Shown piece after piece: positions 10,779 to 21,401 of a stretch of 58,937 nt of DNA. This stretch comes from a bacterium. GTDB lineage: Bacteria; Patescibacteriota; Patescibacteriia; JAHIZJ01. A program made the translations under genes and the position numbers. Where the stretch lies: NCBI GenBank assembly GCA_030699685.1, contig JAUYLJ010000016.1:1-58937 (forward strand). Direction: 5' to 3'. Position 1 is the first letter of the stretch. The number at the start of each line of letters is the position of its first letter. A model generated the notes under the pieces. It did not search any database, was not told the DNA's origin, and was given only the letters and a program-made list of their open reading frames with translations.

Positions 10779-11120
10779 TTACAGCTTCAAGTCGTCCATT
10801 CCGGAATCAGCCGAAGCGGCTACCGGTTTGTCGTGCCCGACTTTGCTGCCATGCTCGCCTTTCCGATATCCTTCCGGTTCGTAGATCTTCAGGTTGACTC
10901 GAGCGTGGTGCTTCGCGCCGACTACTCGGAGGAGAGTGCGCAGCGCCTTAGCGGTCTGACCCTGGCGGCCGATTATCTGGCCCAGATCCTGGGGATTGAC
11001 CTTGAGCGTGATTAACACGCCCATTTCGTCGACCTTGCGCTCGGTTGACACGTCTTCCGGACGGTCAACGAGAGTCTTGACGACGTACTCGATAAACTCT
11101 TGATCTTGTTCTTGCGCCAT
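10779..11120 (-). CDS. khpA: KH-domain RNA-binding protein
   Basis: DLGQIIGRQGQTAKALR KH motif; lies between rpsP and trmD. Confidence 0.93.
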   Translation of the reverse strand: MAQEQDQEFIEYVVKTLVDRPEDVSTERKVDEMGVLITLKVNPQDLGQIIGRQGQTAKALRTLLRVVGAKHHARVNLKIYEPEGYRKGEHGSKVGHDKPVAASADSGMDDLKL

Positions 11121-11219
11121 TTCTGATGAACAGTTAATTGTAACGTTCTAGCATAGCCTCTGAAGCTGCGCGACGGTCTTCCTCGTGTAGCGAGGGACAA
11201 CAGCCGGGCTACGATTCAA

Positions 11220-11247
11220 ATTATACAATGGTGGAAAAGGGTGTCAA
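11220..11247 (-). promoter_or_regulatory. khpA promoter
   Basis: TTGACA-16 nt-TATAAT on the minus strand. Confidence 0.7.
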
Positions 11248-11314
11248 GAGAGTCAATTAAGAAATCAGAATTGATAAGTAATAAAAGCGAAAGTGTTTGA
11301 AGCACAAAAATTTC

Positions 11315-11578
11315 TCATTTGCGTGCCCGGAGCCAGAATCGCTTCAATACTCCCAGCCCGGCAGTAGAAAGCACAAAGGCTAGAGCTGGGACGATAGAGT
11401 TCAACCAAGGCTTTGGTAAATTGGCAATGAAGAAAAATAGCACGATCAATGCGTAGGTAATGGACGTGACAGCCAATCGGCGAGCCCAACTAGTCTCCCA
11501 TGCCTTATCTTGTTCAACTCGCCGGTTGCGCTCTTCGATAGCTCGGATTCTTTGTTCTAACTCGTTAATTTCTTGCAT
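11315..11578 (-). CDS. Small membrane protein (coiled coil plus 2 TM segments)
   Basis: IEERNRRVEQDKAWETSWARR followed by two hydrophobic helices. Confidence 0.75.
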   Translation of the reverse strand: MQEINELEQRIRAIEERNRRVEQDKAWETSWARRLAVTSITYALIVLFFFIANLPKPWLNSIVPALAFVLSTAGLGVLKRFWLRARK

Positions 11579-11636
11579 TGCGGCAATGCAATTTCCTCAC
11601 ACCTTTTTATTCAAAGGCAAAATATGTACAGTGAGG

Positions 11637-12155
11637 CTATCCTTGTTTCTCTTCCGGCTTCTCTTCGGTTTTTTTCTCTGGTTTCGCTTCGTCCTTTGGC
11701 ATTTCCGGTTTAGCCTCGGTTGCTGGTTTTACTTCTTCAGCCTTCACCTCTTTCTTTTCTTCGGACTGCGCCTCTACCTCTACCGCTTGAGTTTCTTGCT
11801 TTTCTTCCTTCTTGGGAGCGACTTGTTCTTCTGCTTTCGGAGCTGTTTCGGTCGATGTGGCACCGGCATCCTCACCCTTCTTGACTTTTGGTTTCCAGCT
11901 CATCACTTTTTCACCGGTGATGATTTTTTGGTCAATCAAAAGATTATGAACAGTAGGTGATGGCTGAGCCCCCTTTTCTATCCAGTATTTGATTCGGTCA
12001 GATTTGAGACTGGCTTCCGGCGGTGTCGGATGCGGATTGTAGCTGCCAAGAAGTTCCACGTAGCGTCCGTAGACGTCTTGGGACTTTTCGGAGACAATTA
12101 CCCGGAAGGTTTTTTGCCCTCTTTTTCCCACCGGTTGCAGGCGTATCATTAGCAT
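11637..12155 (-). CDS. rpsP: 30S ribosomal protein S16 with a long E/K-rich tail
   Basis: MLMIRL..VGK, ELLGSYNP and YWIEKGAQPSPTVHNLL motifs. Confidence 0.97.
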   Translation of the reverse strand: MLMIRLQPVGKRGQKTFRVIVSEKSQDVYGRYVELLGSYNPHPTPPEASLKSDRIKYWIEKGAQPSPTVHNLLIDQKIITGEKVMSWKPKVKKGEDAGATSTETAPKAEEQVAPKKEEKQETQAVEVEAQSEEKKEVKAEEVKPATEAKPEMPKDEAKPEKKTEEKPEEKQG

Positions 12156-12379
12156 AGTATTGCGAGCTGTTACGAGTTATGCATTCTTTGTAGAATGCCG
12201 AGCATTTTGATGATCATACTGATGGTAGCGAAAAGCTGCGTATTCGTCAAGCAGCGCCTCATATTGTTTCTCTGAAGTATTATCCTTCCCACTTCACGCC
12301 CTTGGTATAGAGCGAAGAAACGCTGGAACAAGCCTTCCAGCCCGGATAGACCACCCCATCTCCCAGTAGCAGCCAAATT

Positions 12380-12646
12380 CTAAGAGGCTGATTGTAATTG
12401 ATAATACGTTCGGACCGGCAAATCCCCTTGGTTTAATGAAACCGGTACCCATTGCGACAGCCATTGAAGCGCTGGCTGACACAGGCGGCTATACCGTACC
12501 CAGTGGGTTGTTCCACCGAACCCCATAGTCTCGGTCACTATGCCTTCTCTCCAAGTTACGTACGCGCCCGGCGTCGGGTTGCCACGGGAATCTGGCAATT
12601 GTATTTTCGTAACATTCTCAATCAGTGAATTACCGCATCCATGCAT
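12380..12646 (-). CDS. Hypothetical protein
   Basis: 88-aa ORF with SD TAAGGAG upstream; no recognisable motif. Confidence 0.45.
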   Translation of the reverse strand: MHGCGNSLIENVTKIQLPDSRGNPTPGAYVTWREGIVTETMGFGGTTHWVRYSRLCQPALQWLSQWVPVSLNQGDLPVRTYYQLQSAS

Positions 12647-12776
12647 TGAGTTGTTCTCCTTATTTTTCTACGGGTAGATTGACTGTGCACAAAAAAAGAA
12701 CCCCCTAACCTTATGGCACTGGGGTTCTTCGATAAGATATTTCTACACAACTATGTATTGAACGTCTGTTTTTTTG

Positions 12777-15461
12777 TTATTTACAGTTGCATTTCCAGCG
12801 GGCCGTTTCATCTCCGACAATCTCTGCTTTCTGAGCGCACTTATATTGATTACCACCGGTGCCGTTGAGGCTGTTGCATTCATCCGCTGAGCTGAATACT
12901 TCAACCGCCCAATTTTCATAATCCCGGCTGGTTATGCCAAGATTGTTGCAGGTCTTATTAATTGATTGACAGTATTCTATACAATTATTAAATTCGGCCA
13001 GATTAATGCATCCGGACCAGGTTCCGTCTCGGACTATTTCACCCGGACCAAGCGGATTGTAGCCGCTTGTTATTTCGGTATAATCATCATAGCCGTCACT
13101 GTCCGTGTCAGCTTTTGTCTTGTCAGTACCATAATACTGCTCATCTATGTCGTTTATTCGATCTCCATCAGTATCCTCGTTTGCTACAACAGCTTCATCG
13201 AGTAATGAATCAATTATCTTTTTCATTTGTGCAAACTCAATAGTGCCACCATGAAACACGCCGTTAATATAAAAACTCGGCGTTCCGCTAATCCCTAATT
13301 CACCACCTGCCAGAAAAGCATCCTCTACAACCGTTTTATATTTTTCTGAAGATAAGCATTCATCGAATGTATCGATGTCTAATTCAATATTCTGAGCAAT
13401 GGTTGTCAAATATGTTTCCGTAAGATCTGGCTGATTTTCATAAACCATATCAACATACTCCCAGAATTTATCCTGGTCGTTGGCACATTCTGATGCTTCA
13501 GCGGCCTTCAGGGCTAATGGGTGAATAGTATCAACTGGAAAATGTCTGAACACCCATCTGACATCATCCGAATATTCTTCTACAACTTGTTTCATAGTGT
13601 CATGAAAAGTCGCGCAATATGGACACTGCAGATCAGCATACTCAACTATAGTTACCGCACTGTCCGAAACCCCAATAACATGATCATCACCGTTTACAAC
13701 CATGATATTCTCTGTGCTTGGATTAGCTACTGTTGTATTCGTGTTTGAGTTGGTATTGGTATTAGTGTTTGTATTAAAGTTCAACGGCTTATAGCTATAA
13801 CCTTCTCCCTCCAGAGACACATCAGTTTTGGTTGCTGTGTTTGTCCCTTCAGCATATTCATCCGCATAATAGCTGCTGGCGTCTTCCGGAATTTCCATCT
13901 CGTATTTTAGTTCATAGTCGTCATCCTTTGCCATATAATCATACTTATCTTCCGTATATATATCGATAATAGAGACAGTACTGTTATAATCGTAGCAGGA
14001 CACGAAGTTGCTGTCATAGTCTATGTTGCCGCTCTCGTTCAAGGCTTTATCCCGTCGTTCCTCAGCCTCTTTCTTTTTTTGCTCACACTCTTCTTTGAGA
14101 ATAGGCACTTCATCCTCCAACGCGCTTAACGTCTCCGGGAACTTGTTACGATCGTCATTATAGTTATCAAGCGCTGTGCGAATATCATTAACCCTAGTTC
14201 TTTGCCGATCAAAATTCTGTTCTTCCAAAGATTTTCCTGTTATCAATCGTTCAGCTTCATTGTAGTCAATCGTGGTACTGGGCACGTCAACTTTAACCTT
14301 CTCGTTTATTTTATCCAAGGTCGTGACTAGACTGAGGTTAAGCTGTTTACCTTTCAGGCTTTCTATTTTTTCAGGTGGCACCAAGATAAACTCTATTTTT
14401 GCCTGGCGTATGAAACCGTTTGTTTTATCCAGCCAGACTTCAATATTGGTATTAGCAACTATTTTTTTCACTATTTCGGCATTGGTTTCGTCTTCGTAAT
14501 ATTTGTTGAATTGCTCCAGCGAGCTTTCAATATTTTTTACGTCATCACCGCGCTCTTTCATTTTGTCAATCAGCTTGCCAAATGCCCCAGCAATGGCATC
14601 GGGATTTATTTCCACTGTATAATGCTCGGACTTTACTCCCGTAATGACTTCAGATGCTTTTTTACCGCTGAGTTTAAACAACTCGGCGTCAAAAGCGGCC
14701 TGCAACGCATCAGTCATCTTTTGTACCGCTTCTTCATACTTGAAGCTGGAATAGCCGGACTTAATGCTTTCTCCAAATCCGTCTTCCGGCGTCATTATTA
14801 CCCACTTCTCTTTAATACTAGATACGTCAAAAAAGAACAAGCTGGGAAACTTCCTGATAATACCGTAAAAATTTTCGGCCACTTTTCTAATTTCTAAATC
14901 CGCTTCAACTGTCAAATCTCCACCGGAGTAACTACCGCCTATTTGCCATAGAAAATCTGCATCCTTAGGGTCAACATCAGTTTCGAAGTAGATAGTGGTA
15001 CCGACCGTAAGATCGAGTTCGCCCGGAAACACCCCAAACAAATCGTCAATATCATTGTAGCCAATACCCATTGGCGCCAGAGAGTCTAAAGTATCAAGCG
15101 CATCCTCAGCTTTTTCCTCCTCTTCCTTAGTTTTATAGATTGAAGTGTATTTTGAATCGTGTTCCTCGGTTTTGGCTCTGAATGTTAGTTCATACTTGGC
15201 GTTATCAATATTCGAAAATGAATTAATGAATTTTTCTACCAATTCATCACTGCTGGGAGTCAAATAAGGAATGCTGATATAGCCATGGCTGTAAGCCCAA
15301 TAACCGAATCCGCCTAGCAGTCCGACAATTAAAACAACCGCAATAACCTTAATTATTAGCGGGTTGGCAGGTGGTGACTTTTTTTCCGGTTCTGGGCTTT
15401 CGTTTTCGCTTTGACGTGCAGCTCCTTCAATAGGCGGAGGGATGATTATTTTTTCCTCCAT
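12777..15461 (-). CDS. Membrane-anchored multidomain protein with a DsbA/thioredoxin-like domain
   Basis: N-terminal TM; EYADLQCPYC, FRHFP and GISGTPSFYING (DsbA family); DTDGD/DTDSDG Ca-binding-type repeats; Cys-rich C-terminus. Confidence 0.85.
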   Translation of the reverse strand: MEEKIIIPPPIEGAARQSENESPEPEKKSPPANPLIIKVIAVVLIVGLLGGFGYWAYSHGYISIPYLTPSSDELVEKFINSFSNIDNAKYELTFRAKTEEHDSKYTSIYKTKEEEEKAEDALDTLDSLAPMGIGYNDIDDLFGVFPGELDLTVGTTIYFETDVDPKDADFLWQIGGSYSGGDLTVEADLEIRKVAENFYGIIRKFPSLFFFDVSSIKEKWVIMTPEDGFGESIKSGYSSFKYEEAVQKMTDALQAAFDAELFKLSGKKASEVITGVKSEHYTVEINPDAIAGAFGKLIDKMKERGDDVKNIESSLEQFNKYYEDETNAEIVKKIVANTNIEVWLDKTNGFIRQAKIEFILVPPEKIESLKGKQLNLSLVTTLDKINEKVKVDVPSTTIDYNEAERLITGKSLEEQNFDRQRTRVNDIRTALDNYNDDRNKFPETLSALEDEVPILKEECEQKKKEAEERRDKALNESGNIDYDSNFVSCYDYNSTVSIIDIYTEDKYDYMAKDDDYELKYEMEIPEDASSYYADEYAEGTNTATKTDVSLEGEGYSYKPLNFNTNTNTNTNSNTNTTVANPSTENIMVVNGDDHVIGVSDSAVTIVEYADLQCPYCATFHDTMKQVVEEYSDDVRWVFRHFPVDTIHPLALKAAEASECANDQDKFWEYVDMVYENQPDLTETYLTTIAQNIELDIDTFDECLSSEKYKTVVEDAFLAGGELGISGTPSFYINGVFHGGTIEFAQMKKIIDSLLDEAVVANEDTDGDRINDIDEQYYGTDKTKADTDSDGYDDYTEITSGYNPLGPGEIVRDGTWSGCINLAEFNNCIEYCQSINKTCNNLGITSRDYENWAVEVFSSADECNSLNGTGGNQYKCAQKAEIVGDETARWKCNCK

Positions 15462-15712
15462 ATTGGTGTTTTTATTTTTAGCTATTCTTTATTATAGCAT
15501 ATTTTCAAAAAAAATCAAGCCTATTCTGGACTTTAGAGAAGCAAAGATTGACAGCAAAATAAAGAAATGTGTAACTTCCCTGAAGGTGTTTGTATTCGGG
15601 GTAGCTTGAATAAGGGGGTGGTTCCGTGCCGAGCAGTCGCGCTTTTTATTTTCACGACAAGCGATCCCCAAAACAAGCTTGGTGCTGTGCGCGTCAAGAA
15701 TGTTGCTTGCAG

Positions 15713-17071
15713 CTACTCTATTGCTGAATAAATATGAGAGTAGATTGTGTTTCGGTAATTATCCAGTTCAGTGACCTCATTGGTTTCAAGATTCCACACC
15801 GCCATGGGCGCAGGATAATTGAAATCAGTTTCCGGTACTTCATCAGGCACATGGTCTGGTGATATAGACAGTATTAGCAGCACCAGATGATTGCCAATCC
15901 AGTAAGCTTCGTTCGCTTCTACGTTTTCTGGCGTGGAATAATCCACCATGGTGGTTCCGTCAGCCGGCATTTTTCTCAGGACATCGTCAAAGGGATCAAA
16001 ATGATAGAGATCGCCAGTGGCGTTGTCCCAGGAAGCTGCAAGGGCATTCAATGGACGCGTCAGGTTTGTGATCTGACGAAATTTAGCTTCGGCCGGCGCA
16101 TACTCCCAGAACCAGGTCCAAGAATCCAAAATATCAGACTGAAAAACCTGCTCCAACACGACGAGCCGTGAACCGTCGGGTGAAAGCGCGCTTTGGTAAC
16201 TCGAATGCTCGCCGCTTAAAAGTAGCGTCCGGGTGTCGGAGGCGGTGTCCAGTAACTCCACTTTGCCGGGCCAGATCAGGACCAACTGGCTATCGCCGAC
16301 TCGATGCGCCTCACTTGGAAGCCACAGCTCGCTGGTCTGGGCAAAGTCTCCGCTAGACGCTTCCGGTTCAATGCTGCTCAATAATTGACCTTCTCCACTA
16401 CCGAGGTCGAACTCCCAAATTTCAGCCCGGGAATTGTCGTTGGCGTAAATTGCTCCCGGATCCGCGTAGACGCATACCTGTTTCACGACAAGAATCTTTT
16501 GATTCTCGGAATCGGCGGAAAAGCTTGGGATAATGTCGTAACAGTTTTCTTCATAATACGTCACGCCTTCCGACTCAGTCACCGTGCTCTCACTGGTGCT
16601 CCGATGCAGCTCAATCGGTTCTTGCCAGGTCCGAGTCACGGAATCAAATATTTCTAGCCAGTGTATGGTTTCATCTTCGCTGTCTTCGGTATTGAACATT
16701 GCCAGAAGAGTACCGCCGATCGGTGTAATATTTCCGGAGCGATAGAAGTTCATCGGTAGCCAGGATTGATTCACATCCAGCACCTCTGCCTGGGCAGGCG
16801 ATTCGGAACGCAGCAGAGGGTCAATTGAAGATAAGACAATAAAGGACTGCCCATTGATTGTGAGGCTAGTCAGCGCTCCTTCGTTTCCATCGTCGAGTGA
16901 ATTTGGCAAAGTGCCGGAATCGAGATCGTTATCCACCCTCTCATTATTAAGCGTCTGCGTGTTAGTATTGTTGCTATTATCCGGAAGATAGGCCAAAACC
17001 GCAATCAATCCGATAGCGATTACTAGAAGAACGACAACTAGGATAAGCCTCGAACTACCTTTTTGGGTCAT
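15713..17071 (-). CDS. Membrane-anchored acidic hypothetical protein, possible beta-propeller
   Basis: N-terminal TM, N/T-rich linker and LSPDGSRL blade-like motif. Confidence 0.7.
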   Translation of the reverse strand: MTQKGSSRLILVVVLLVIAIGLIAVLAYLPDNSNNTNTQTLNNERVDNDLDSGTLPNSLDDGNEGALTSLTINGQSFIVLSSIDPLLRSESPAQAEVLDVNQSWLPMNFYRSGNITPIGGTLLAMFNTEDSEDETIHWLEIFDSVTRTWQEPIELHRSTSESTVTESEGVTYYEENCYDIIPSFSADSENQKILVVKQVCVYADPGAIYANDNSRAEIWEFDLGSGEGQLLSSIEPEASSGDFAQTSELWLPSEAHRVGDSQLVLIWPGKVELLDTASDTRTLLLSGEHSSYQSALSPDGSRLVVLEQVFQSDILDSWTWFWEYAPAEAKFRQITNLTRPLNALAASWDNATGDLYHFDPFDDVLRKMPADGTTMVDYSTPENVEANEAYWIGNHLVLLILSISPDHVPDEVPETDFNYPAPMAVWNLETNEVTELDNYRNTIYSHIYSAIE

Positions 17072-17201
17072 TGTATTTATTATAAAGTTCTTATGAACAG
17101 TATATCATGTTCATGCGAAGGAGGAAGTCAGGGAAGAAAAAACGCCACAATACCAAACAACTTTGTCCACGCGTGAAACTGGTTTGGTGTTTGGGCGAGT
17201 C

Positions 17202-19865
17202 CTATCTGTTCCCGTGCCGCGCGATCACGTCCTCGGCTTCTTCCATCTTGACCGAGAGAATCTTCGACACGCCGTCGCTTTGCATGGTCACGCCGTAGAG
17301 CAGATTGGCTTTCTGCATGGTGGCGCGATTGTGGGTGATGGAGATGAACTGAGTGGAGTGGGCCAGCTCGTCGAGAATATTGGCCAGCTTGAGAGAGTTG
17401 GCTTCATCGAGGGCGGCGTCTACCTCGTCCAGGACGACGAAGGGCGATGGATTGTTGGCAATGATGGCGCAGATCAGCGCGATGGACGTCAGTGCTTTTT
17501 CTCCGCCGGATAGCATGTTGATGCTGGAAATGCGTTTTCCAGGCGGGACGGCGTGGATATCAATACCACTAATGGCTTTGCCGATCACCTTTGGTTGGCG
17601 TGGTGACTTTTCCTCTTCGCTATTTTCCTCCTCGTCATCCTCTTCTTCGTCGTAGTCGTCTTGTTCAGCCAGGATATCAGACTTTTGTAATACGAGCTTG
17701 GCTGAACCCCCTTTGAACAACATCTTGAAATAGCGGCCGAACTCGGCGCTGATTTTCTGGAAAGCGCGATCGAACTGCTGCTTAATGGTTTCATCAAGCT
17801 CCCCGATAGCTTTTTCGAGCGAGGCCAAGGCAGCCAGAAGATCCTCAGATTGCCCTTTTAGGAATTCGTGACGTTCGTTTGTTTGTTCAAATTCATCCGT
17901 TACCCCTTCGTCAATTCCGCCGATTAGCTCAAGCTGGCGTTTCAATTGATGGATTGAGTCAAGAAGAGAAGCGGCAGTTTGTTCGCCGAGGAATTGTTTC
18001 GGATCTTTGGCAATGTCGTCCACTGTCGGCTCAGGCAGCTCCTCTCGCATTTCCCGATTGAGGTCATCACGACGCGTCTCCAGCCGTGCTTGTTGCACTC
18101 GATGCTCGTTCAATGTCTGGGTGACGGCGTTGAGCTCGTTTTGATGATCGCGGAATTGCTTTTGCAGACGGAACAAATAATCTTTTTTCTCCTGCTCTTG
18201 CTGATTGAAACTGGTAATTTTTTCTCGGGCTGTTTTGAGTTCCTGATCAAGTTTCTCAATTTTTGCCGTCAGATGCTTGTGTTCGGTATCTTCAGCGTTG
18301 GCGTCCTTATCTTTGCCTTCAAGTTGTCTCAGTTCTTTATCCGCTCGTTCGAGCTCGCTTTCCACTTCACTTTGTTTATCGTGGAGAACGAGATCTTTTT
18401 CTTCCAGAGTGCGGACTGTTACGACCAGATCGTTTATTTCGTTGACCAAGTTGTCTTTTGACTTCAAGAAGTTTGACAGCTCGCTTTGGAGCCGCAGCAC
18501 TTCTTCGGTGGTGGTGGTTGGAGCCGAGCGGGCAATCTCCTTGGTATATTTATCCAGGCTGTGGTGGATATCCTGGGCTTGGCGCTTAAGTCGAGTGATG
18601 TCGTCAGCCGATTCGGCAGTATTCAGTTTTTTTAAGAATTCGGCATATCGAGTTTCGATAGTCCGTAGATGGTCGGCAATTTCCGGAATGGGCAAGGGTT
18701 TGTTGGCAGTCAGCCGTTCGCGAGCTACCAGCAGCGTTTGTTCCAGATCTTCAAACTGACTGACGACCTTGGCCTGATCCTTGCGTTTCCGCTCTAACTC
18801 GCTGCGGGCGCTTTGAAGCTTCTTCTTCAGCGGTTCCATATCGTCGCTCAATTCTTGCTGGGTGCGGACTAGCAACTCACGGCGTTTCGTCAGCCATACT
18901 TTATTGACCTCACCCGCCTGCATGGATTCCATTTCCCAGCGGCCTTTCAGCGAAGCCTGCTCTTGCAGCAAAGTGTTTTTCTCATCAAGTACGCGGTTGT
19001 ACTCTTTTTGCAGCTGGCGGAAACTCTCTTCCCGAGACGTCTCCCGTTCTATTTTCTCAAGTTCATTTTGTACCTTGCGCAATTTGGCTGCCGCCTCATT
19101 TTTCACTTTTTCAGTATCGTTTTGCTGGGTGCTGACGACGTCGAGTTCGTTTTTCAGCTCCTGCCAGAGACCGCTGTAATATTGCTTTTGCACTTCCCGC
19201 AGCTCGGCTTCCACGGTTTCGCGTTTTTCCAAGCGCCGTACCTGGCGGGTGAGCGTACGCAGGCGGGGTTCGATTTCTTGCAATAGGAGCTCGGCTTGAC
19301 GCAAATTATCCTTGGTTCGATCAAGCTTCTGTTCGGCCTGCTCTTTCTTGATCTGGTATTGGCGGACGCCGGCCGCTTCGTCAAAAAACTCCTTCCGTTC
19401 CTGCGACGAAGAATTCAAAATTGAATCAATCATGCCCTGGCCGATGACGGAGTAGCTGCGCTGGCCGAAGTTGGATTTAGCCAGGAGAAGGACGATGTCT
19501 TGAAGCCGCACCTTGTTCTTATTGAGCAGGTATTCACCTTCGCCTGAGCGGTGCATGCGGCGGGTGATGACTACTTCCGGGTAATCAATCGCCATCGCCC
19601 CATCCTCATTATTAATATGCAAAGAAACTTCAGCCATGCCCAGCCTGGCTTTTTTGTCGGAACCGGAAAAAATCACATCTTCGGACTTCTTTCCTCGCAA
19701 AAGCTTGAGGCTCTGTTCGCCCATCACCCAGCGGATAGCATCGGCCACGTTGGATTTGCCAGAACCATTCGGCCCGACGATGGCGGCGATACCCCGGTTG
19801 AATTCCATCACGGTTTTGTTCGCGAAGGACTTGAAGCCCTGTATTTCGATTTTTTGGAGATGCAT
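17202..19865 (-). CDS. smc: SMC-family chromosome segregation ATPase (short form)
   Basis: GFKSF, Walker A GPNGSGKSN, signature LSGGEK, Walker B VVLDEVDAALD and long coiled coils; 887 aa. Confidence 0.93.
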   Translation of the reverse strand: MHLQKIEIQGFKSFANKTVMEFNRGIAAIVGPNGSGKSNVADAIRWVMGEQSLKLLRGKKSEDVIFSGSDKKARLGMAEVSLHINNEDGAMAIDYPEVVITRRMHRSGEGEYLLNKNKVRLQDIVLLLAKSNFGQRSYSVIGQGMIDSILNSSSQERKEFFDEAAGVRQYQIKKEQAEQKLDRTKDNLRQAELLLQEIEPRLRTLTRQVRRLEKRETVEAELREVQKQYYSGLWQELKNELDVVSTQQNDTEKVKNEAAAKLRKVQNELEKIERETSREESFRQLQKEYNRVLDEKNTLLQEQASLKGRWEMESMQAGEVNKVWLTKRRELLVRTQQELSDDMEPLKKKLQSARSELERKRKDQAKVVSQFEDLEQTLLVARERLTANKPLPIPEIADHLRTIETRYAEFLKKLNTAESADDITRLKRQAQDIHHSLDKYTKEIARSAPTTTTEEVLRLQSELSNFLKSKDNLVNEINDLVVTVRTLEEKDLVLHDKQSEVESELERADKELRQLEGKDKDANAEDTEHKHLTAKIEKLDQELKTAREKITSFNQQEQEKKDYLFRLQKQFRDHQNELNAVTQTLNEHRVQQARLETRRDDLNREMREELPEPTVDDIAKDPKQFLGEQTAASLLDSIHQLKRQLELIGGIDEGVTDEFEQTNERHEFLKGQSEDLLAALASLEKAIGELDETIKQQFDRAFQKISAEFGRYFKMLFKGGSAKLVLQKSDILAEQDDYDEEEDDEEENSEEEKSPRQPKVIGKAISGIDIHAVPPGKRISSINMLSGGEKALTSIALICAIIANNPSPFVVLDEVDAALDEANSLKLANILDELAHSTQFISITHNRATMQKANLLYGVTMQSDGVSKILSVKMEEAEDVIARHGNR

Positions 19866-20155
19866 GAAGGGAGAAAGAAAATGACTGTCATTTTCGAACA
19901 GACTCTGAATGAAAGTATATGGGTTTTAGGGAAGGAAAGCAAGGGGTTTAGAAGAATTTTAAGCTACAAATTATTAATTATGAAACAGGTGCTTATGTCC
20001 ATTCCATGTAGCGTTAGTAGTAATTTGTCACTAGTAACGGGGCAATACTTGCAAATGACAAATTACAAAGCGCTAATGGCTTTTTTGTAGTTTATCCTTG
20101 TTTTTTGCTATAGTGCATGATAGTAGGACGAAAGAAACATTGTCGGGGCAAGCAT

Positions 20156-21307
20156 ATGAAAAAATTAGCAATCATAATAGGACTCGTTATTCTTGGAACA
20201 GCGGTTTTCTTGATTCTGCGGAATAACCCAACCCTGGAAGTTGAGAATGAAAATACGAATGGGCTTGAGATCAATGGGGGTGATGGCAACAGTTCCCTCA
20301 ACAGCAATGATGCGTTACGGCAGGAGCTTGAAGAATCAGCCGCTCAACCCGAAATTAAAACGATATTAGCTTCTGAAGTCTCCAATGTTGACAGCGGTTT
20401 CACATTTTCCGCCGTGGTACCAGTTGCTTGGGAGCTTGAGGCAGTACCAGCACTCGAATCAATAAATATTTTTGACCCGGCGGCTGCTAATGAATCGTCG
20501 TTGGAACAATCCCAGATTTTTATCCGGCAATTTATGGCCAATGACTTTCTGACACTATCAACGGTAACAATTCACTCTCGCGAAGAACTGACGATCAATG
20601 GCCGGCCAGCCGTTCGCTATGACATAGAGAAAAAGGCGGGAGTAGCTGATTTCCCTGATCAACCCTCTTGGCGTAACGAGCGGCACGTCGTGACCGATAT
20701 CAAGGTAATGGATCAGAACCCCTCGGTGTTTTACGTCATTGCCCGGCGGCCGGGGCTTGATGACGCAATTTATCAAGATTTTCTGGATAGTCTGAACCTA
20801 GATTATAAACCTGAGGCCGGGCTGGTGGAACCGGTGGAAGAATTCCGGGAGCGAATTACGCTGAAGCGCTTTGGTACCTATATCACGCCGGAGACTTCTC
20901 CAGTCCAGCCAGAGCGCTTTACCGGCTATCACACCGGAGTGGACGTGGAGTTTGCGGATGTCGATACGGAAATTCAGGTCCGCGCTATCGCCGAAGGAGA
21001 AGTGATAGAGGCTCAGACGGTGTCGGGGTATGGCGGTGTGGTGGTGATACGCCATACTATCAATGACGGACCATTATTGGCTCTCTATGGCCACCTTGAC
21101 GCGCAAACTATTCCAGCCAAGGGCTCGGCGGTGAGCGCGGGTGAAGCAATCGGCGTGTTAGGCGAAGGAGAAACGCTAGAAACAGACTTTGAAAGAAAAC
21201 ATCTGCATTTTGCTATGTTGAAAGGCTCGTCAGTGAATTTTCGCGGATATGTCCTTTCTGAAAATGAGTTAGGCGGATGGCATGACCCGCTGGAATTTTG
21301 GAGCTGA
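20156..21307 (+). CDS. M23 family metallopeptidase, membrane anchored
   Basis: HTGVD, YGHL and HLHF motifs; N-terminal TM; ATG 20156. Confidence 0.9.
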   Translation: MKKLAIIIGLVILGTAVFLILRNNPTLEVENENTNGLEINGGDGNSSLNSNDALRQELEESAAQPEIKTILASEVSNVDSGFTFSAVVPVAWELEAVPALESINIFDPAAANESSLEQSQIFIRQFMANDFLTLSTVTIHSREELTINGRPAVRYDIEKKAGVADFPDQPSWRNERHVVTDIKVMDQNPSVFYVIARRPGLDDAIYQDFLDSLNLDYKPEAGLVEPVEEFRERITLKRFGTYITPETSPVQPERFTGYHTGVDVEFADVDTEIQVRAIAEGEVIEAQTVSGYGGVVVIRHTINDGPLLALYGHLDAQTIPAKGSAVSAGEAIGVLGEGETLETDFERKHLHFAMLKGSSVNFRGYVLSENELGGWHDPLEFWS

Positions 21308-21363
21308 GGGGAATGTGTGGCCAAGCTGAGGCTTGGACTACCGAATACCATCGTATCGCAACC

Positions 21364-21396
21364 AAAAAACCGCCCAGACAATCTAGACGGTTTTTT
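21364..21396. terminator. Bidirectional terminator
   Basis: AAAAAACCG...CGGTTTTTT between convergent genes. Confidence 0.7.
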
Positions 21397-21401
21397 GAAA
21401 C

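Noticed and set aside
15621-15665. Possible duplicated smc 3' tail (reads ...ATARHG versus smc ...VIARHG)
   Set aside because: The match is short and gapped and could be chance; worth rechecking only if tail duplications prove general
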